Positions 22,546 to 32,710 of a DNA stretch of 64,000 nucleotides are shown here, piece after piece. Below the pieces are notes generated by a model that searched no databases, was not told the origin of the DNA, and saw nothing but the letters and a program-made list of their open reading frames with translations. The position numbers and the translations under genes were made by a program. The stretch comes from an uncultured cyanobacterium (lineage in GTDB: Bacteria > Cyanobacteriota > Cyanobacteriia > Cyanobacteriales > Cyanobacteriaceae). Numbering within the stretch: position 1 is the stretch's first letter; every line of letters starts with the position of its first letter. The DNA is taken from assembly GCA_963749915.1 (NCBI GenBank), contig CAVVOP010000022.1, forward strand, positions 64,001 to 128,000, written 5' to 3'.

Positions 22546-24525
22546 TCACTGGTTCTCTGAAAGAAATCCATTGTTTGATAGCCAGTAAAAACGGAATGGA
22601 GATAAGAGTAATTGATCTTTAAAGAGAATAGGCTTTTCTTGTGAGTATAAATCAATAATTTCTCCATTCTCTGTAAGATTGAAAAGGGGATGATTTATCT
22701 CTCCTAAGTTTAGATATTGGTGAGTAGCGTCGAAATTCCCGATTACTAATACATTATCTTTTTTTTGGGGATCAATTCTTAAAAAACAGAAAAAATGACT
22801 ATTATTCAAATTAATTAATTCTCGATTATTAAAATCCCCAAAGGCTGGTATTTTTTTTCTAACTTTAATCATTCTCTGCAAAGAGGAAAAAATAGTATGT
22901 TGAATTGTACCTTTTTCTTGTCTTAATTTTGCTTTTTGCCAGTCAATTTTCGGACGATGTGCCCATCTGGTATCATTAGCTCTACTTAGATTTCCCATGA
23001 AAGAATAATCGTTAAGAGTGCCAATTTCATCGCCGTAGTAAATTAAGGGTATTCCTCCAAAGGAAAAGATCATACTATGGAGTAATAATATGTGCTTAAT
23101 AGTAAGGTCAATTTTCTCCTTATTTCCTTCTTCTAAGGCAGATTCTAAGCCAATTAAAGAGGTTAATGTGCCGGAGATGCGAGCATCATCATTTTTCGGA
23201 TTTTGCCCAAATAATAGTCCTCTAGCCGCAGTCTCTTGAAATTTTCCCGAGAAATAGTCAAGCAAAAATTGACGGTGGGATTTTGGTTCATAACCTGCCT
23301 GTATTATATCTTCATCAGTGAATCCTAAGCCTATATCATCATGACATCTGATATAATTTAACCATGTTGCTCTTTCTAGTTTAGCCGGTAAATTTTTAAC
23401 CCCTTGAGTGATTAATTTGGCGTTTTTTGTGGCGACGGCGTCCCAAAGTAAAGCCATAAAGGTGGCATTGTAAGCAATTTCGCATTCTTTGGCGTTAATA
23501 GCATCTTCTCCGAAGTATTTTACTATTTCTACGGGTGCAACGATGGCTTCTGCAATAAACAATGTACCCGGGGCACTTACTTGACAACAATCTTTAAATA
23601 ACTGTAGCAATATATGAGCTTCATCTTCATTTTGACTGGTACCACCGATTTTTTTCCAGAGGAAGGCAACGGCATCGAGGCGCAGAATATCAACCCCTTG
23701 ATTTGCCCAAAATAGCAGAATATCTAGCATTTCGATGAAAACAGCAGGATTTTGATAGTTTAAATCCCACTGATAGTTATTAAATACTGTCATTACCCAT
23801 TTACCCATTTTTTCATCATAGGTAAAGTTTCCAGGTGCAGTTTGAGGGAAGACTTCTGGCAGGGTTTTCTCAAACATATCCGGAATTTCTCGGTTCTCAA
23901 AGATGTAATAATAATCCTGGTAAGTGTGATCGCCATTACGTGCTTTTTCTGCCCATCGATGCTCGTCAGAAGTATGATTAACAACAATATCTAACACAAG
24001 TAAAATGTTTCTTTTTTTCATTTCTTGGGCAATATGTTGTATGTCTTTTAAATCCCCGACTCTATTATCAATTTTGCGATAGTTACTGACGGCGTAACCC
24101 CCATCACTAGCATTTTCCGGGCATTCCAAGATAGGCATAATATGCACAAGGTTAATCCCTAATTCCGTAAAATAGTCAATTCTTTTGGCTAGATCTGGTA
24201 AATCTTCAGCGAAACCATCAGCATATAATGTCATTCCTACCCATTTCTGACTTAGAAACCAGTTAAAATCTTTTTCTCTTTCTAAATCGGTATGTTTAAG
24301 TAATGGCGATCGCATTATATACTGACGGGCCATCACTTCGACTAATTTTAATAATTGGTGTTTAAAATCGTGGCGTTTACCGTAAAGTCTTTGAAAGAGA
24401 GAGAAAAGACTATAAAAATTTGCACCTAATCTACAATAAAAATGATTAAGCTCTTTTTCGGTAATTTCTGGTTTTAATTGATCGAGAATTTCGTTTAAGA
24501 TTGAATGAGATAATTGTTCATACAT
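22546..24525 (-). CDS. ams: Amylosucrase (GH13)
   Basis: DGGYAV, NHTS, QWDLN, RLDAVAF, EAIV, RCHDDIG, RWAHRP. Confidence 0.88.
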   Translation of the reverse strand: MYEQLSHSILNEILDQLKPEITEKELNHFYCRLGANFYSLFSLFQRLYGKRHDFKHQLLKLVEVMARQYIMRSPLLKHTDLEREKDFNWFLSQKWVGMTLYADGFAEDLPDLAKRIDYFTELGINLVHIMPILECPENASDGGYAVSNYRKIDNRVGDLKDIQHIAQEMKKRNILLVLDIVVNHTSDEHRWAEKARNGDHTYQDYYYIFENREIPDMFEKTLPEVFPQTAPGNFTYDEKMGKWVMTVFNNYQWDLNYQNPAVFIEMLDILLFWANQGVDILRLDAVAFLWKKIGGTSQNEDEAHILLQLFKDCCQVSAPGTLFIAEAIVAPVEIVKYFGEDAINAKECEIAYNATFMALLWDAVATKNAKLITQGVKNLPAKLERATWLNYIRCHDDIGLGFTDEDIIQAGYEPKSHRQFLLDYFSGKFQETAARGLLFGQNPKNDDARISGTLTSLIGLESALEEGNKEKIDLTIKHILLLHSMIFSFGGIPLIYYGDEIGTLNDYSFMGNLSRANDTRWAHRPKIDWQKAKLRQEKGTIQHTIFSSLQRMIKVRKKIPAFGDFNNRELINLNNSHFFCFLRIDPQKKDNVLVIGNFDATHQYLNLGEINHPLFNLTENGEIIDLYSQEKPILFKDQLLLSPFRFYWLSNNGFLSENQ

Positions 24526-24604
24526 AACGGTGAACAGTCAATAGTGAATAGTGAATAAAGTAGAATAAATGATTATCTAACTGCTGATGGCTGACTGATT
24601 ATAG

Positions 24605-25471
24605 CTAAACACCATAGAAAGATTTATCTGAAGTCGTAGCACCTCGAATGCCGACAATTTTACAAGCAAACTCCTGGGCACGGGTTAAAGTAGTGGGTAT
24701 ATCCCATTTTTTGAGCATTCCTAACAATAAAACACTACAAAAAGCATCCCCTGCACCGACAACATCAACTACAGATATGTTTTGAGATGGTGTTATGTTT
24801 TGCTTAATGCCATTGTTTGTAAAATAAGTCGCCCCAGCTTTCCCCTGAGTCACGATAATATTTTGTAGAGGATAATGAGAAAATAAGTAATTAACTTTAT
24901 CCTGAGTATTGTTTCCTTCCTTGACTATCAATGATAATTCTTGTTCGTTGAGCTTCAATGATGATGTATCTTGTAATAACGATTTAATGTCTGATAAACT
25001 CCACCACGGTTCTCTTAAGTTAACATCAAAAAATATAGACGGGGAAACATCCTTTTTTATTTTCTCAAAAGTTGCCCTAGCTTGAGGATTTCTTAAGGCC
25101 AATGTGCCATGATACAAAATCGCATTTGTCGGCAGGGCGGGAAGATAACCGGACTCAATAAAATCATAAGCACTATTATTGACAATATCATAATGGGGTT
25201 CGTTCTCGATAAATTTTACCTCAACTATACCCGTCGGATGATGGGCATCTTCTTGTATCCCTTCAGTGTTCATGCCCCAATTTATCATCGCTGATTTAAT
25301 CATTTCCCCATGGCTATCATTGCCGACACGAGAAATTAATAACGGCGAGACCCCAAAGGCTTGTAGATGCCATGCTACGTTAAACGGTGCACCCCCCAAT
25401 ATCATTTTACCGTCAGGAAGGCGATCGTATAGCACTTCACCAAAAATAATTATTTCTTGATTCATCATCAA
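24605..25471 (-). CDS. PfkB-family fructokinase
   Basis: GGAPFNVA, DVNLR, DVVGAGDAF; sucrose-cluster context. Confidence 0.88.
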   Translation of the reverse strand: MMMNQEIIIFGEVLYDRLPDGKMILGGAPFNVAWHLQAFGVSPLLISRVGNDSHGEMIKSAMINWGMNTEGIQEDAHHPTGIVEVKFIENEPHYDIVNNSAYDFIESGYLPALPTNAILYHGTLALRNPQARATFEKIKKDVSPSIFFDVNLREPWWSLSDIKSLLQDTSSLKLNEQELSLIVKEGNNTQDKVNYLFSHYPLQNIIVTQGKAGATYFTNNGIKQNITPSQNISVVDVVGAGDAFCSVLLLGMLKKWDIPTTLTRAQEFACKIVGIRGATTSDKSFYGV

Positions 25472-25529
25472 TAATTTCTCTTTTTCTTTTCTTTATATTT
25501 ATAGCAATATGGACCTTAGTAAGAAACGA

Positions 25530-26381
25530 TCAAATATGACTTTCAATAAGTGTTTTCATCTTTTCAGGAAAATAATAGGCAATTCCTTCCAAAATTCCTG
25601 CACTGTAATTTCCATTCATATTTAAGTATTTTCCTTCAGCAATATATACTGTATTTGTTAGTTTATTGTTAGTTATTTCTGCTCTAATTGTTTCTTTGAC
25701 TTCATTGTGGGCATTGGCTACCAAAATTGATTTTATGGGGCTAATTAATACGTCTAAATCGTTACCACTATCTCCTGAAAAAACTGTATTTTCGATGGCA
25801 AAATTTTCTCTTTTCATGAGATGAGTAATCGCATAATATTTGTTAGCAGATTGTGGCAAAATATCTAATAGACCAATGTTTTTTTCTTCGTCAACACTCC
25901 AAATTAAATTAGATTTTACTTGGTTATTATCTAGTCTTGATTTTATTTCAATCAGCAAATTATTTATCTCAGCATCAAGGGAAATATAATAACTTAATTT
26001 ATGTAAACCCTGTTTTTTTTCTTCCTGTAGTTTACATTCCCTGATGTCTGCAAAAAAACTGATTAAATCCTTTGATGTTAGATTTTGCCAATCTACTCCT
26101 ATTTCATGATCCCAATCCTCAACTCTTAACCATTGATCCTCCTGAACTTGATATATACTGGAACCGACATCAGCTATGACAAAATTAGGTAATGGCAACT
26201 CATAACTGGCGATGGCATTTTGCACTAATTTGTGGTCTCTACCAGTGACATAGGCCAGAGTTATGCAGGGATCACTGACAAAGTGAGCAAATAAGGCCCT
26301 TGCATCGGTGGATTCTGGGGGTTTTCCATTGGGAATTAAAGTGCGATCTAAATCCGTACAAATTAATAAATTTTTGACCAT
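25530..26381 (-). CDS. spp: Sucrose-phosphate phosphatase-like HAD-IIB hydrolase
   Basis: TDLDRTL, TGR, GDSGND; co-oriented with fructokinase and amylosucrase. Confidence 0.8.
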   Translation of the reverse strand: MVKNLLICTDLDRTLIPNGKPPESTDARALFAHFVSDPCITLAYVTGRDHKLVQNAIASYELPLPNFVIADVGSSIYQVQEDQWLRVEDWDHEIGVDWQNLTSKDLISFFADIRECKLQEEKKQGLHKLSYYISLDAEINNLLIEIKSRLDNNQVKSNLIWSVDEEKNIGLLDILPQSANKYYAITHLMKRENFAIENTVFSGDSGNDLDVLISPIKSILVANAHNEVKETIRAEITNNKLTNTVYIAEGKYLNMNGNYSAGILEGIAYYFPEKMKTLIESHI

Positions 26382-26657
26382 ATCATAGACTAAGCCTGAT
26401 TGAATTTTGTAAATGTGAAATACACTTTTCAGCTAACTCCTAACCCCTAACCAAATCGTGAAAGCCAATGAACAGTAAACACATTTAATTTGTTTTTTTT
26501 ACAGCACATTGAGCCGGTAAATAAAAATGATTATACACTCTTTTTGGTGAATTATATGTATTACTTTTTGGTAAATGGGCTATTTAATTGAACTGAAGTA
26601 GGCTAGAATTGAGAATCTGTTTTCCAATTTAGTCCCCAAAAAAGCTAAAGCTAGTTT

Positions 26658-27698
26658 ATGAAATTTATAGATCAAGTTGAGATAGAAGTAGAAGCGGGAA
26701 AAGGTGGTGATGGAATTGTCGCCTTTCGTAGAGAGAAGTATGTCCCCGCAGGTGGCCCTTCCGGTGGTAATGGTGGCAGAGGTGGGTCTATCCTTTTTAA
26801 AGCAACGACAAAATTACAAACGTTGTTGGATTTCAGATATGCACGTCGTTTTAAAGCCGATGATGGTACCAGGGGAGGACCGAATAATTGTACCGGTGCG
26901 GCAGGGAAAGATCTTATTTTAGAAATTCCTTGCGGTACGATGATCTATGATGCACAAACAGAGGAATTAATTGCGGATTTAGTTCGCCCGGATGACACAT
27001 TTTTGATCGTCAAAGGTGGTAAAGGTGGGTTGGGGAATCAGCACTTTTTGAGTAATAGTAATCGTGCACCGGAGTATGCTTTACCGGGCTTAGAAGGGGA
27101 GATTAAGCAGTTACGGTTAGAACTGAAGTTGTTAGCGGAAGTGGGCATTATTGGGCTTCCTAATGCGGGAAAATCCACCCTCATCTCATCTTTGTCTTCT
27201 GCTAAACCTAAAATTGCCGATTATCCTTTTACTACTCTTATACCTAACCTAGGTGTAGTTCGTAAGCCTACGGGCGACGGTACGGTTTTTGCTGATATTC
27301 CAGGGTTGATTGAAGGTGCGTCGGAGGGAATTGGTTTGGGTCATGATTTTTTACGGCATATTGAGCGCACTCGTTTATTAGTACATCTTGTGGATGTTAA
27401 TTCTGATGATCCTATTCGTGATTACCAAGTTATTCAAGGGGAATTGTTGGCTTATGGGAGAGGATTGTGGGATCGCCCCCAAATTATCGGTTTGAATAAG
27501 ATAGATGCTATCGATGAGAAAACTCAACAAGAGATTATGATTCAATTTCAGGCTTTAACTAAGGATCCCATTTTCTTGATTTCCGCCGTGACAGGGTCAG
27601 GTTGTGATCGCCTTTTACAAGCTGTATGGCATCAGTTAGATTTAATGAAAGAAGAATCAACCACAGAAATCGGTTTTTTGCAGAGTTTAAATACATAA
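26658..27698 (+). CDS. obgE: GTPase ObgE/CgtA
   Basis: Gly-rich Obg fold, GLPNAGKS, YPFTT, DIPG, NKID. Confidence 0.97.
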   Translation: MKFIDQVEIEVEAGKGGDGIVAFRREKYVPAGGPSGGNGGRGGSILFKATTKLQTLLDFRYARRFKADDGTRGGPNNCTGAAGKDLILEIPCGTMIYDAQTEELIADLVRPDDTFLIVKGGKGGLGNQHFLSNSNRAPEYALPGLEGEIKQLRLELKLLAEVGIIGLPNAGKSTLISSLSSAKPKIADYPFTTLIPNLGVVRKPTGDGTVFADIPGLIEGASEGIGLGHDFLRHIERTRLLVHLVDVNSDDPIRDYQVIQGELLAYGRGLWDRPQIIGLNKIDAIDEKTQQEIMIQFQALTKDPIFLISAVTGSGCDRLLQAVWHQLDLMKEESTTEIGFLQSLNT

Positions 27699-27862
27699 AA
27701 TTTGCTAAATAGTATGTTTGATTTTCTCCTCTTTTTTCTTTTAAACCCTGAGCACTAATTAATAAAATTTATCTGTTTATTTTCTTGATAATCTATTTTT
27801 TGTTTTGGAAATCATTGTTATAATAAAAGTTAATAATTACTTCTCAAAAAACACTTTTTGCT

Positions 27863-28813
27863 ATGAATTTAGAACCTGCTATTGCTACTATTGGATTAAC
27901 AAAACAATTTGAAAGACATATCGCCGTCAATGATGTGGATTTACGGGTGCAAAAAGGCGATGTTTATGGTTTAATAGGTCCTAATGGAGCAGGAAAAACA
28001 ACTTTAATCCGGATGTTGGCTGCCGCCGAAAATCCTACCAAAGGCGAAATTTATCTTAATGGCGATCGCTTACTAATAGATGACAGTAACCGTTATTTAA
28101 AGCAATATTTGGGCTATCTTCCCGATGATTTTCCTTTGTATGATGATTTAAACGTAATAGATTACTTAGAATATTTTGCCCGACTGTATAAGTTAAAACC
28201 ACCTCAACGCCGTCGCCGGATACAAGAGGTTCTGGAATTAGTTAATCTCGAATCAAAAGTTAACTCCTTAATTGCCACTCTTTCTCGAGGCATGAAACAA
28301 CGATTAAGTTTAGCTCGCACGATTATCCATCAACCGATTATTTTACTATTAGATGAGCCTGTTTCGGGATTAGATCCCATCGCCAGAATGGAGTTTCGAG
28401 AAAGCATCAAAACATTGCAACAAGCGGGGATGACCATTTTAATTTCCTCTCATGTATTGTCAGACTTAGCGGAATTATGTACATCAGTGGGTATTATGGA
28501 GTTGGGTTGTTTAGTGGAAAATACCTCTTTACAGAATTTATATAGTCGTCTTAGTCGTCAACAAATTATCATCAAAATCTTAGGAGAATGGGATAAATTA
28601 GAGGTAGAGTTGCGCAATTGTGACACTGTAAAAGCTTGGGAAAAATTGCCTGACGGGGAAACAATTAAGGTGGAATTTACTGGAAATAATAACGACAGTG
28701 CTAATTTATTAAAAACTTTGATTAATGCTAATATTTCGGTGAGTAATTTTCATTGTCAACAGGAGGATTTAGAGACTATTTTTCTCAAATTAGGTCATAA
28801 ACAAGTGTCTTAG
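27863..28813 (+). CDS. ABC transporter ATP-binding protein
   Basis: GPNGAGKT, LSRGM, LLDEP, SSH. Confidence 0.93.
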   Translation: MNLEPAIATIGLTKQFERHIAVNDVDLRVQKGDVYGLIGPNGAGKTTLIRMLAAAENPTKGEIYLNGDRLLIDDSNRYLKQYLGYLPDDFPLYDDLNVIDYLEYFARLYKLKPPQRRRRIQEVLELVNLESKVNSLIATLSRGMKQRLSLARTIIHQPIILLLDEPVSGLDPIARMEFRESIKTLQQAGMTILISSHVLSDLAELCTSVGIMELGCLVENTSLQNLYSRLSRQQIIIKILGEWDKLEVELRNCDTVKAWEKLPDGETIKVEFTGNNNDSANLLKTLINANISVSNFHCQQEDLETIFLKLGHKQVS

Positions 28814-28870
28814 ACCTAAGTTGCTGGTGAACACTGACTGGAGTAGTGTAAAAAATGGGAGAGAAAACCG

Positions 28871-28899
28871 TAGTGGTCTATCAATTTTGAAATAGGGAT
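28871..28899 (+). repeat. Degenerate solo end of the MITE at 37745/54304
   Basis: TAGTGGTCTATCAATTTTGAAATAGGGAT resembles the reverse complement of the MITE right end (CTAGTGGTCTGCCAATTTTGAAATGAGGGAT). Confidence 0.65.
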
Positions 28900-28922
28900 C
28901 GCACAAAGTTTGCCCTGAGTAA

Positions 28923-30419
28923 TTACCATAAACGACGCTTCCCATCAGGAAAAATAGTCCCCCAGTTAGTTTGGGCCTGTTGTAATTGCATTTCTTCCAC
29001 ATTGGCATTAGTCAAATTAGCACCACAAAAATTCGCATCATCAAGATTTGCCCCTTCTAAATTGGCCCCTTCTAAGTGTGCATCCTTGAAATCTGCCGAT
29101 TCTAAATCCGCCTTGAGAAAGTGAACATTTTTCAGATTTGCCCTTCCAAATCTTGCCTTAGTTAAATTAGCACTGTAAAAATTGGCACCCTCTAAATTAG
29201 CTTCTTCAAAATTAACCTGAGTCAGTTGGCTATTACGAAAATTAATATGGGGAATATTGGCCTGATGAAAGTCAAATTGATGAAAATTGTGTTTACTAAA
29301 ATCAATTCTCCCCTGAATATAAGCCGTTAAAATATTTTGAGGAGTTACTTGAATCACATATTTAGTTTGACCTTGACGAGATTTTCTGGCCCTAATTGCT
29401 ATGGCTAAACGAGAAGTGGCGGGAAGATGAGTATTATCGGCAATGCTATTAGATTCAGGTACCATTATATTAATAGGTTTAGCATTAGTCAGCAGACTTT
29501 GTTCTAATTCTTGTTGATAAGGTGCAATGTCTAAATCGTCCATCACTTTATCTACTGATTGATAACGACTACGAACATTTACCTCCAACATCTTACGCAA
29601 TACCTTCGCAAAACCGCCACTAACTTTAACCTCTTTTTCCCACAAAAGTTCCCCCGTTAATTCATCACAAGGTATATTTTTTGGTGATTTTGCCGTCATT
29701 AAATATAGACAAGTAGAACCCAAAGCATAAATATCACTAGAATATACTGGACGCATAGCTAACTGTTCTGGCGGTGCAAAACCCATTGTACCCACCGCAA
29801 ATTGAGTCAAAGCCGTTTGACCGTAGTTTTTTGCTAACTGTGTGTTAACTTGATCTTTAACCGCCCCAAAATCAATTAAAACCAGTTTTCCATCCTGTTC
29901 ACGACGAATAATATTAGCAGGTTTAATGTCTCGATGAATCATCTTAAGGGAGTGAATATATTGGAGAATAGGTAGTATTTCTCCTAAAAATTTCTTGGCT
30001 TGAGTCTCATTAAAAACCCCATCGTCGTTGATTTCTTGTTGTAAATTTTTACCCTTAACTAAGGTTTGAACTAAATAAAAATGCAGATTATTTTCAAAAT
30101 AGTCTAACAATCGAGGAATTTGAGGATGATCAATTTTTCCTAAGGTTTTCGCCTCTCTCTCGAACAATTCTAATGCCATTTGAAACGTTTCAGGATCGCT
30201 AGAATTAGGGCGTAATTGTTTAATAACACACAAAGGATTACCGGGCAATGATAAATCAATCCCTAAAAAAGTCGTACCAAATCCACCTTTACCGATTTTT
30301 TTAATAATACGATAACGATTATGTAAGATTAAATTAAAACCGCAACTTGCACACACCTTTTGACTGGGATGATTTTGTGGTTTAGAACAATCCGGATTTA
30401 GGCAATAGCTTAAAATCAT
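28923..30419 (-). CDS. spkB: Ser/Thr protein kinase with C-terminal pentapeptide repeats (SpkB-like)
   Basis: N-terminal Cys knuckle, GKGGFG, HRDIKPAN, DFG, then pentapeptide repeats. Confidence 0.85.
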   Translation of the reverse strand: MILSYCLNPDCSKPQNHPSQKVCASCGFNLILHNRYRIIKKIGKGGFGTTFLGIDLSLPGNPLCVIKQLRPNSSDPETFQMALELFEREAKTLGKIDHPQIPRLLDYFENNLHFYLVQTLVKGKNLQQEINDDGVFNETQAKKFLGEILPILQYIHSLKMIHRDIKPANIIRREQDGKLVLIDFGAVKDQVNTQLAKNYGQTALTQFAVGTMGFAPPEQLAMRPVYSSDIYALGSTCLYLMTAKSPKNIPCDELTGELLWEKEVKVSGGFAKVLRKMLEVNVRSRYQSVDKVMDDLDIAPYQQELEQSLLTNAKPINIMVPESNSIADNTHLPATSRLAIAIRARKSRQGQTKYVIQVTPQNILTAYIQGRIDFSKHNFHQFDFHQANIPHINFRNSQLTQVNFEEANLEGANFYSANLTKARFGRANLKNVHFLKADLESADFKDAHLEGANLEGANLDDANFCGANLTNANVEEMQLQQAQTNWGTIFPDGKRRLW

Positions 30420-30580
30420 TCAGCACTTTTTATATTGCTTTCTTTATCGATTTTTAGTATAACTACTTTTAGATTCTTTAAGCGAGAGGTTTTCCCACGC
30501 CATAAATATTAATTAAACAACTCGAAGTTTGATTTTAAGATTAATTATTTTTTCCTCTGCGAACCTGCGGAATGTGGGGT

Positions 30581-31360
30581 CTAATGGTTAACAAAATCGA
30601 TTACCGTGTCACGGGTAGAAGGGATATTCACCAGGGACTGAATTTTATCAATGGAGACCTCATAACAAACGGGAGGAATATCTAAATTCACCTTAACCGC
30701 ACTTCGGGTTAAATGGATAATCTCCTGTAACTTAACTAAACCATTACCGCAAAGATTGAAAATTTCTTGAGTGTAACCCTGTTTAATAATATCCATGACT
30801 GCCGCCGCGGCTACATCAGTGTTAATGTATTGCAATTCGCTTTCTGGATGTAACCAAAGTTTTTCCCCTTCAAGGATGTCAAAAATGGCGTTTTTCTTCA
30901 AGCCTTCCCCCACAAAACCGCCCATACGGAAGATTAGCCAGTCTGAATGACAGTGACGCACACATTGTTCAGCTAAGTACTTGTGAAAACCATAAGGACT
31001 TTGGCTTGAAATGTCAATAACGGTATCTTCTTTTGTTGATTCAGGGGTTGAGCAATCAGGATAAACATCACAGGATGACAAGAATATATACTTTTTAGCC
31101 AGAAAATCTATTAGAGATTCTCGCACAGAACGGACGGATGCATCAAATTCAAGTAGGGGGTTTTCTTTGGCTAAAAATTTCTTAGAATTACCGTTGGCGT
31201 TGATTAATAAATCACATTTTGTGCCGATGTTATCTTGATAATTAGAGCGATTTATTACTACATAATCAAGATCATTTTTTTGACAATAACGGACATAAGC
31301 TGAACCAACAAAACCTTCTCCACCTATGATAATAATTTTAAAATTAGAGTCGAATACCAT
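30581..31360 (-). CDS. NAD-dependent epimerase/dehydratase
   Basis: GGEGFVG and YGFHK (YxxxK). Confidence 0.85.
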   Translation of the reverse strand: MVFDSNFKIIIIGGEGFVGSAYVRYCQKNDLDYVVINRSNYQDNIGTKCDLLINANGNSKKFLAKENPLLEFDASVRSVRESLIDFLAKKYIFLSSCDVYPDCSTPESTKEDTVIDISSQSPYGFHKYLAEQCVRHCHSDWLIFRMGGFVGEGLKKNAIFDILEGEKLWLHPESELQYINTDVAAAAVMDIIKQGYTQEIFNLCGNGLVKLQEIIHLTRSAVKVNLDIPPVCYEVSIDKIQSLVNIPSTRDTVIDFVNH

Positions 31361-32288
31361 CAGTTTTATTTTTATAATTTTTACTTAACCAAGCGAATGT
31401 TTTTTCTAAGCCTTCTTTCAAGTTTGTATCGCAAGATAAACCTAAAGAATTTAATTTAGTAACCTCAAAGATTTTTACCATTTGCCCGTCAGGTTTCGTG
31501 GTATCCCAAGTTAATTTCCCTTCAAAACCTGTAGTTTCTTTTACTAATTCTGCTAATTCTTTAATAGGGGTAGTTGTACCTGAAGAAATATTAACTGGCT
31601 CACTAGAATTATAATTATCAATAAAATAAGGAATAACTTTGGCCACATCCCCAGCATAAACAAAATCTCTTTTCGGTGTGCCACTCCCCCACATCGCTAC
31701 CTCTTCCAATTGGTTTAATTTAGCTTCATAAAAACGGCGAACTAATGCCGGTACAACATGAGATTCATTATTACGGAAATTATCATATTCTCCATATAAA
31801 TTACCCGGAATTAACACTACGGAATTTAAGTCATATTGAGTGCGGTAAGACTGAGAAGCAACAATACCCATTTTTTTGGCACTAGAATAACCCGCACTTT
31901 CGATTTGGGGATAACCTTGCCACATTTGGGATTCGTCAATGGGAGAGGTTGCCGTTGCTGGGTAGCTACATCCTCCCATGGTATAGATCATTTTTTTGAC
32001 TTTAAATTTGGCGGCTTGTTCAAAAACTAAAGCGGTTAAAAGGGTGTTACGATAATAAAAATCGGCAGGATAGGCACGATTCGCCCCAATTCCCCCCGAA
32101 TAAGCGGCTAAATGTATTAATATCTCCGGGTGTAAATTCTCGAACATTTTTAGCACTTCCACAGGATTCATCAAGTCGTAATCTTGAGAAGATAAACCAA
32201 TGATTTCGGCTTGGGGATATTGTATTTTTAATTGGGGTAAAAGGTGTCTACCTAAAAAGCCACTTGCACCAGTGACGACTATCTTCAT
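31344..32288 (-). CDS. fcl: GDP-L-fucose synthase family protein
   Basis: TGASGFLG, GGIGAN, SHVVPAL, WGSG.PKRDFVY, KPDG. Confidence 0.85.
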   Translation of the reverse strand: MKIVVTGASGFLGRHLLPQLKIQYPQAEIIGLSSQDYDLMNPVEVLKMFENLHPEILIHLAAYSGGIGANRAYPADFYYRNTLLTALVFEQAAKFKVKKMIYTMGGCSYPATATSPIDESQMWQGYPQIESAGYSSAKKMGIVASQSYRTQYDLNSVVLIPGNLYGEYDNFRNNESHVVPALVRRFYEAKLNQLEEVAMWGSGTPKRDFVYAGDVAKVIPYFIDNYNSSEPVNISSGTTTPIKELAELVKETTGFEGKLTWDTTKPDGQMVKIFEVTKLNSLGLSCDTNLKEGLEKTFAWLSKNYKNKTDGIRL

Positions 32289-32710
32289 ATTCTGGGTTTT
32301 TTCTTATCTTATTTTTATTCTCAATTATCATATAATAAATGGGGAGACTAAAAGTAATTTTTTTTCCTACTGTCTATTATTTTCATTTTAAACATAAGTA
32401 TTTATTGAACAAAATAATTATCTAAATAAGTAGAATAAATTTTATATAGAAACATCAAGAACTAGCAATTTAACCTTAAAATTAAAAAAATGGTTATATT
32501 TATTGCTAGATTTTTAATATCATCTACTTTGTTATGGATAATAAAGTTTTTGTTTTTTAAAATACAAGCCAATATTGTTTATTAATTTTAAACAAATAAA
32601 TATTTCATGTAAAGTTTGACATTTTTTTGTGGTTTTTCATCACCTAATTGGTTAGTAAAAGTAGCAATTTTATTACCAAAGGTTAAACTAACATTACTTA
32701 AGTTAAATAT

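Noticed and set aside
26409..26423. NtcA box upstream of spp
   Set aside because: Spacing is GTA-N9-TAC rather than GTA-N8-TAC.
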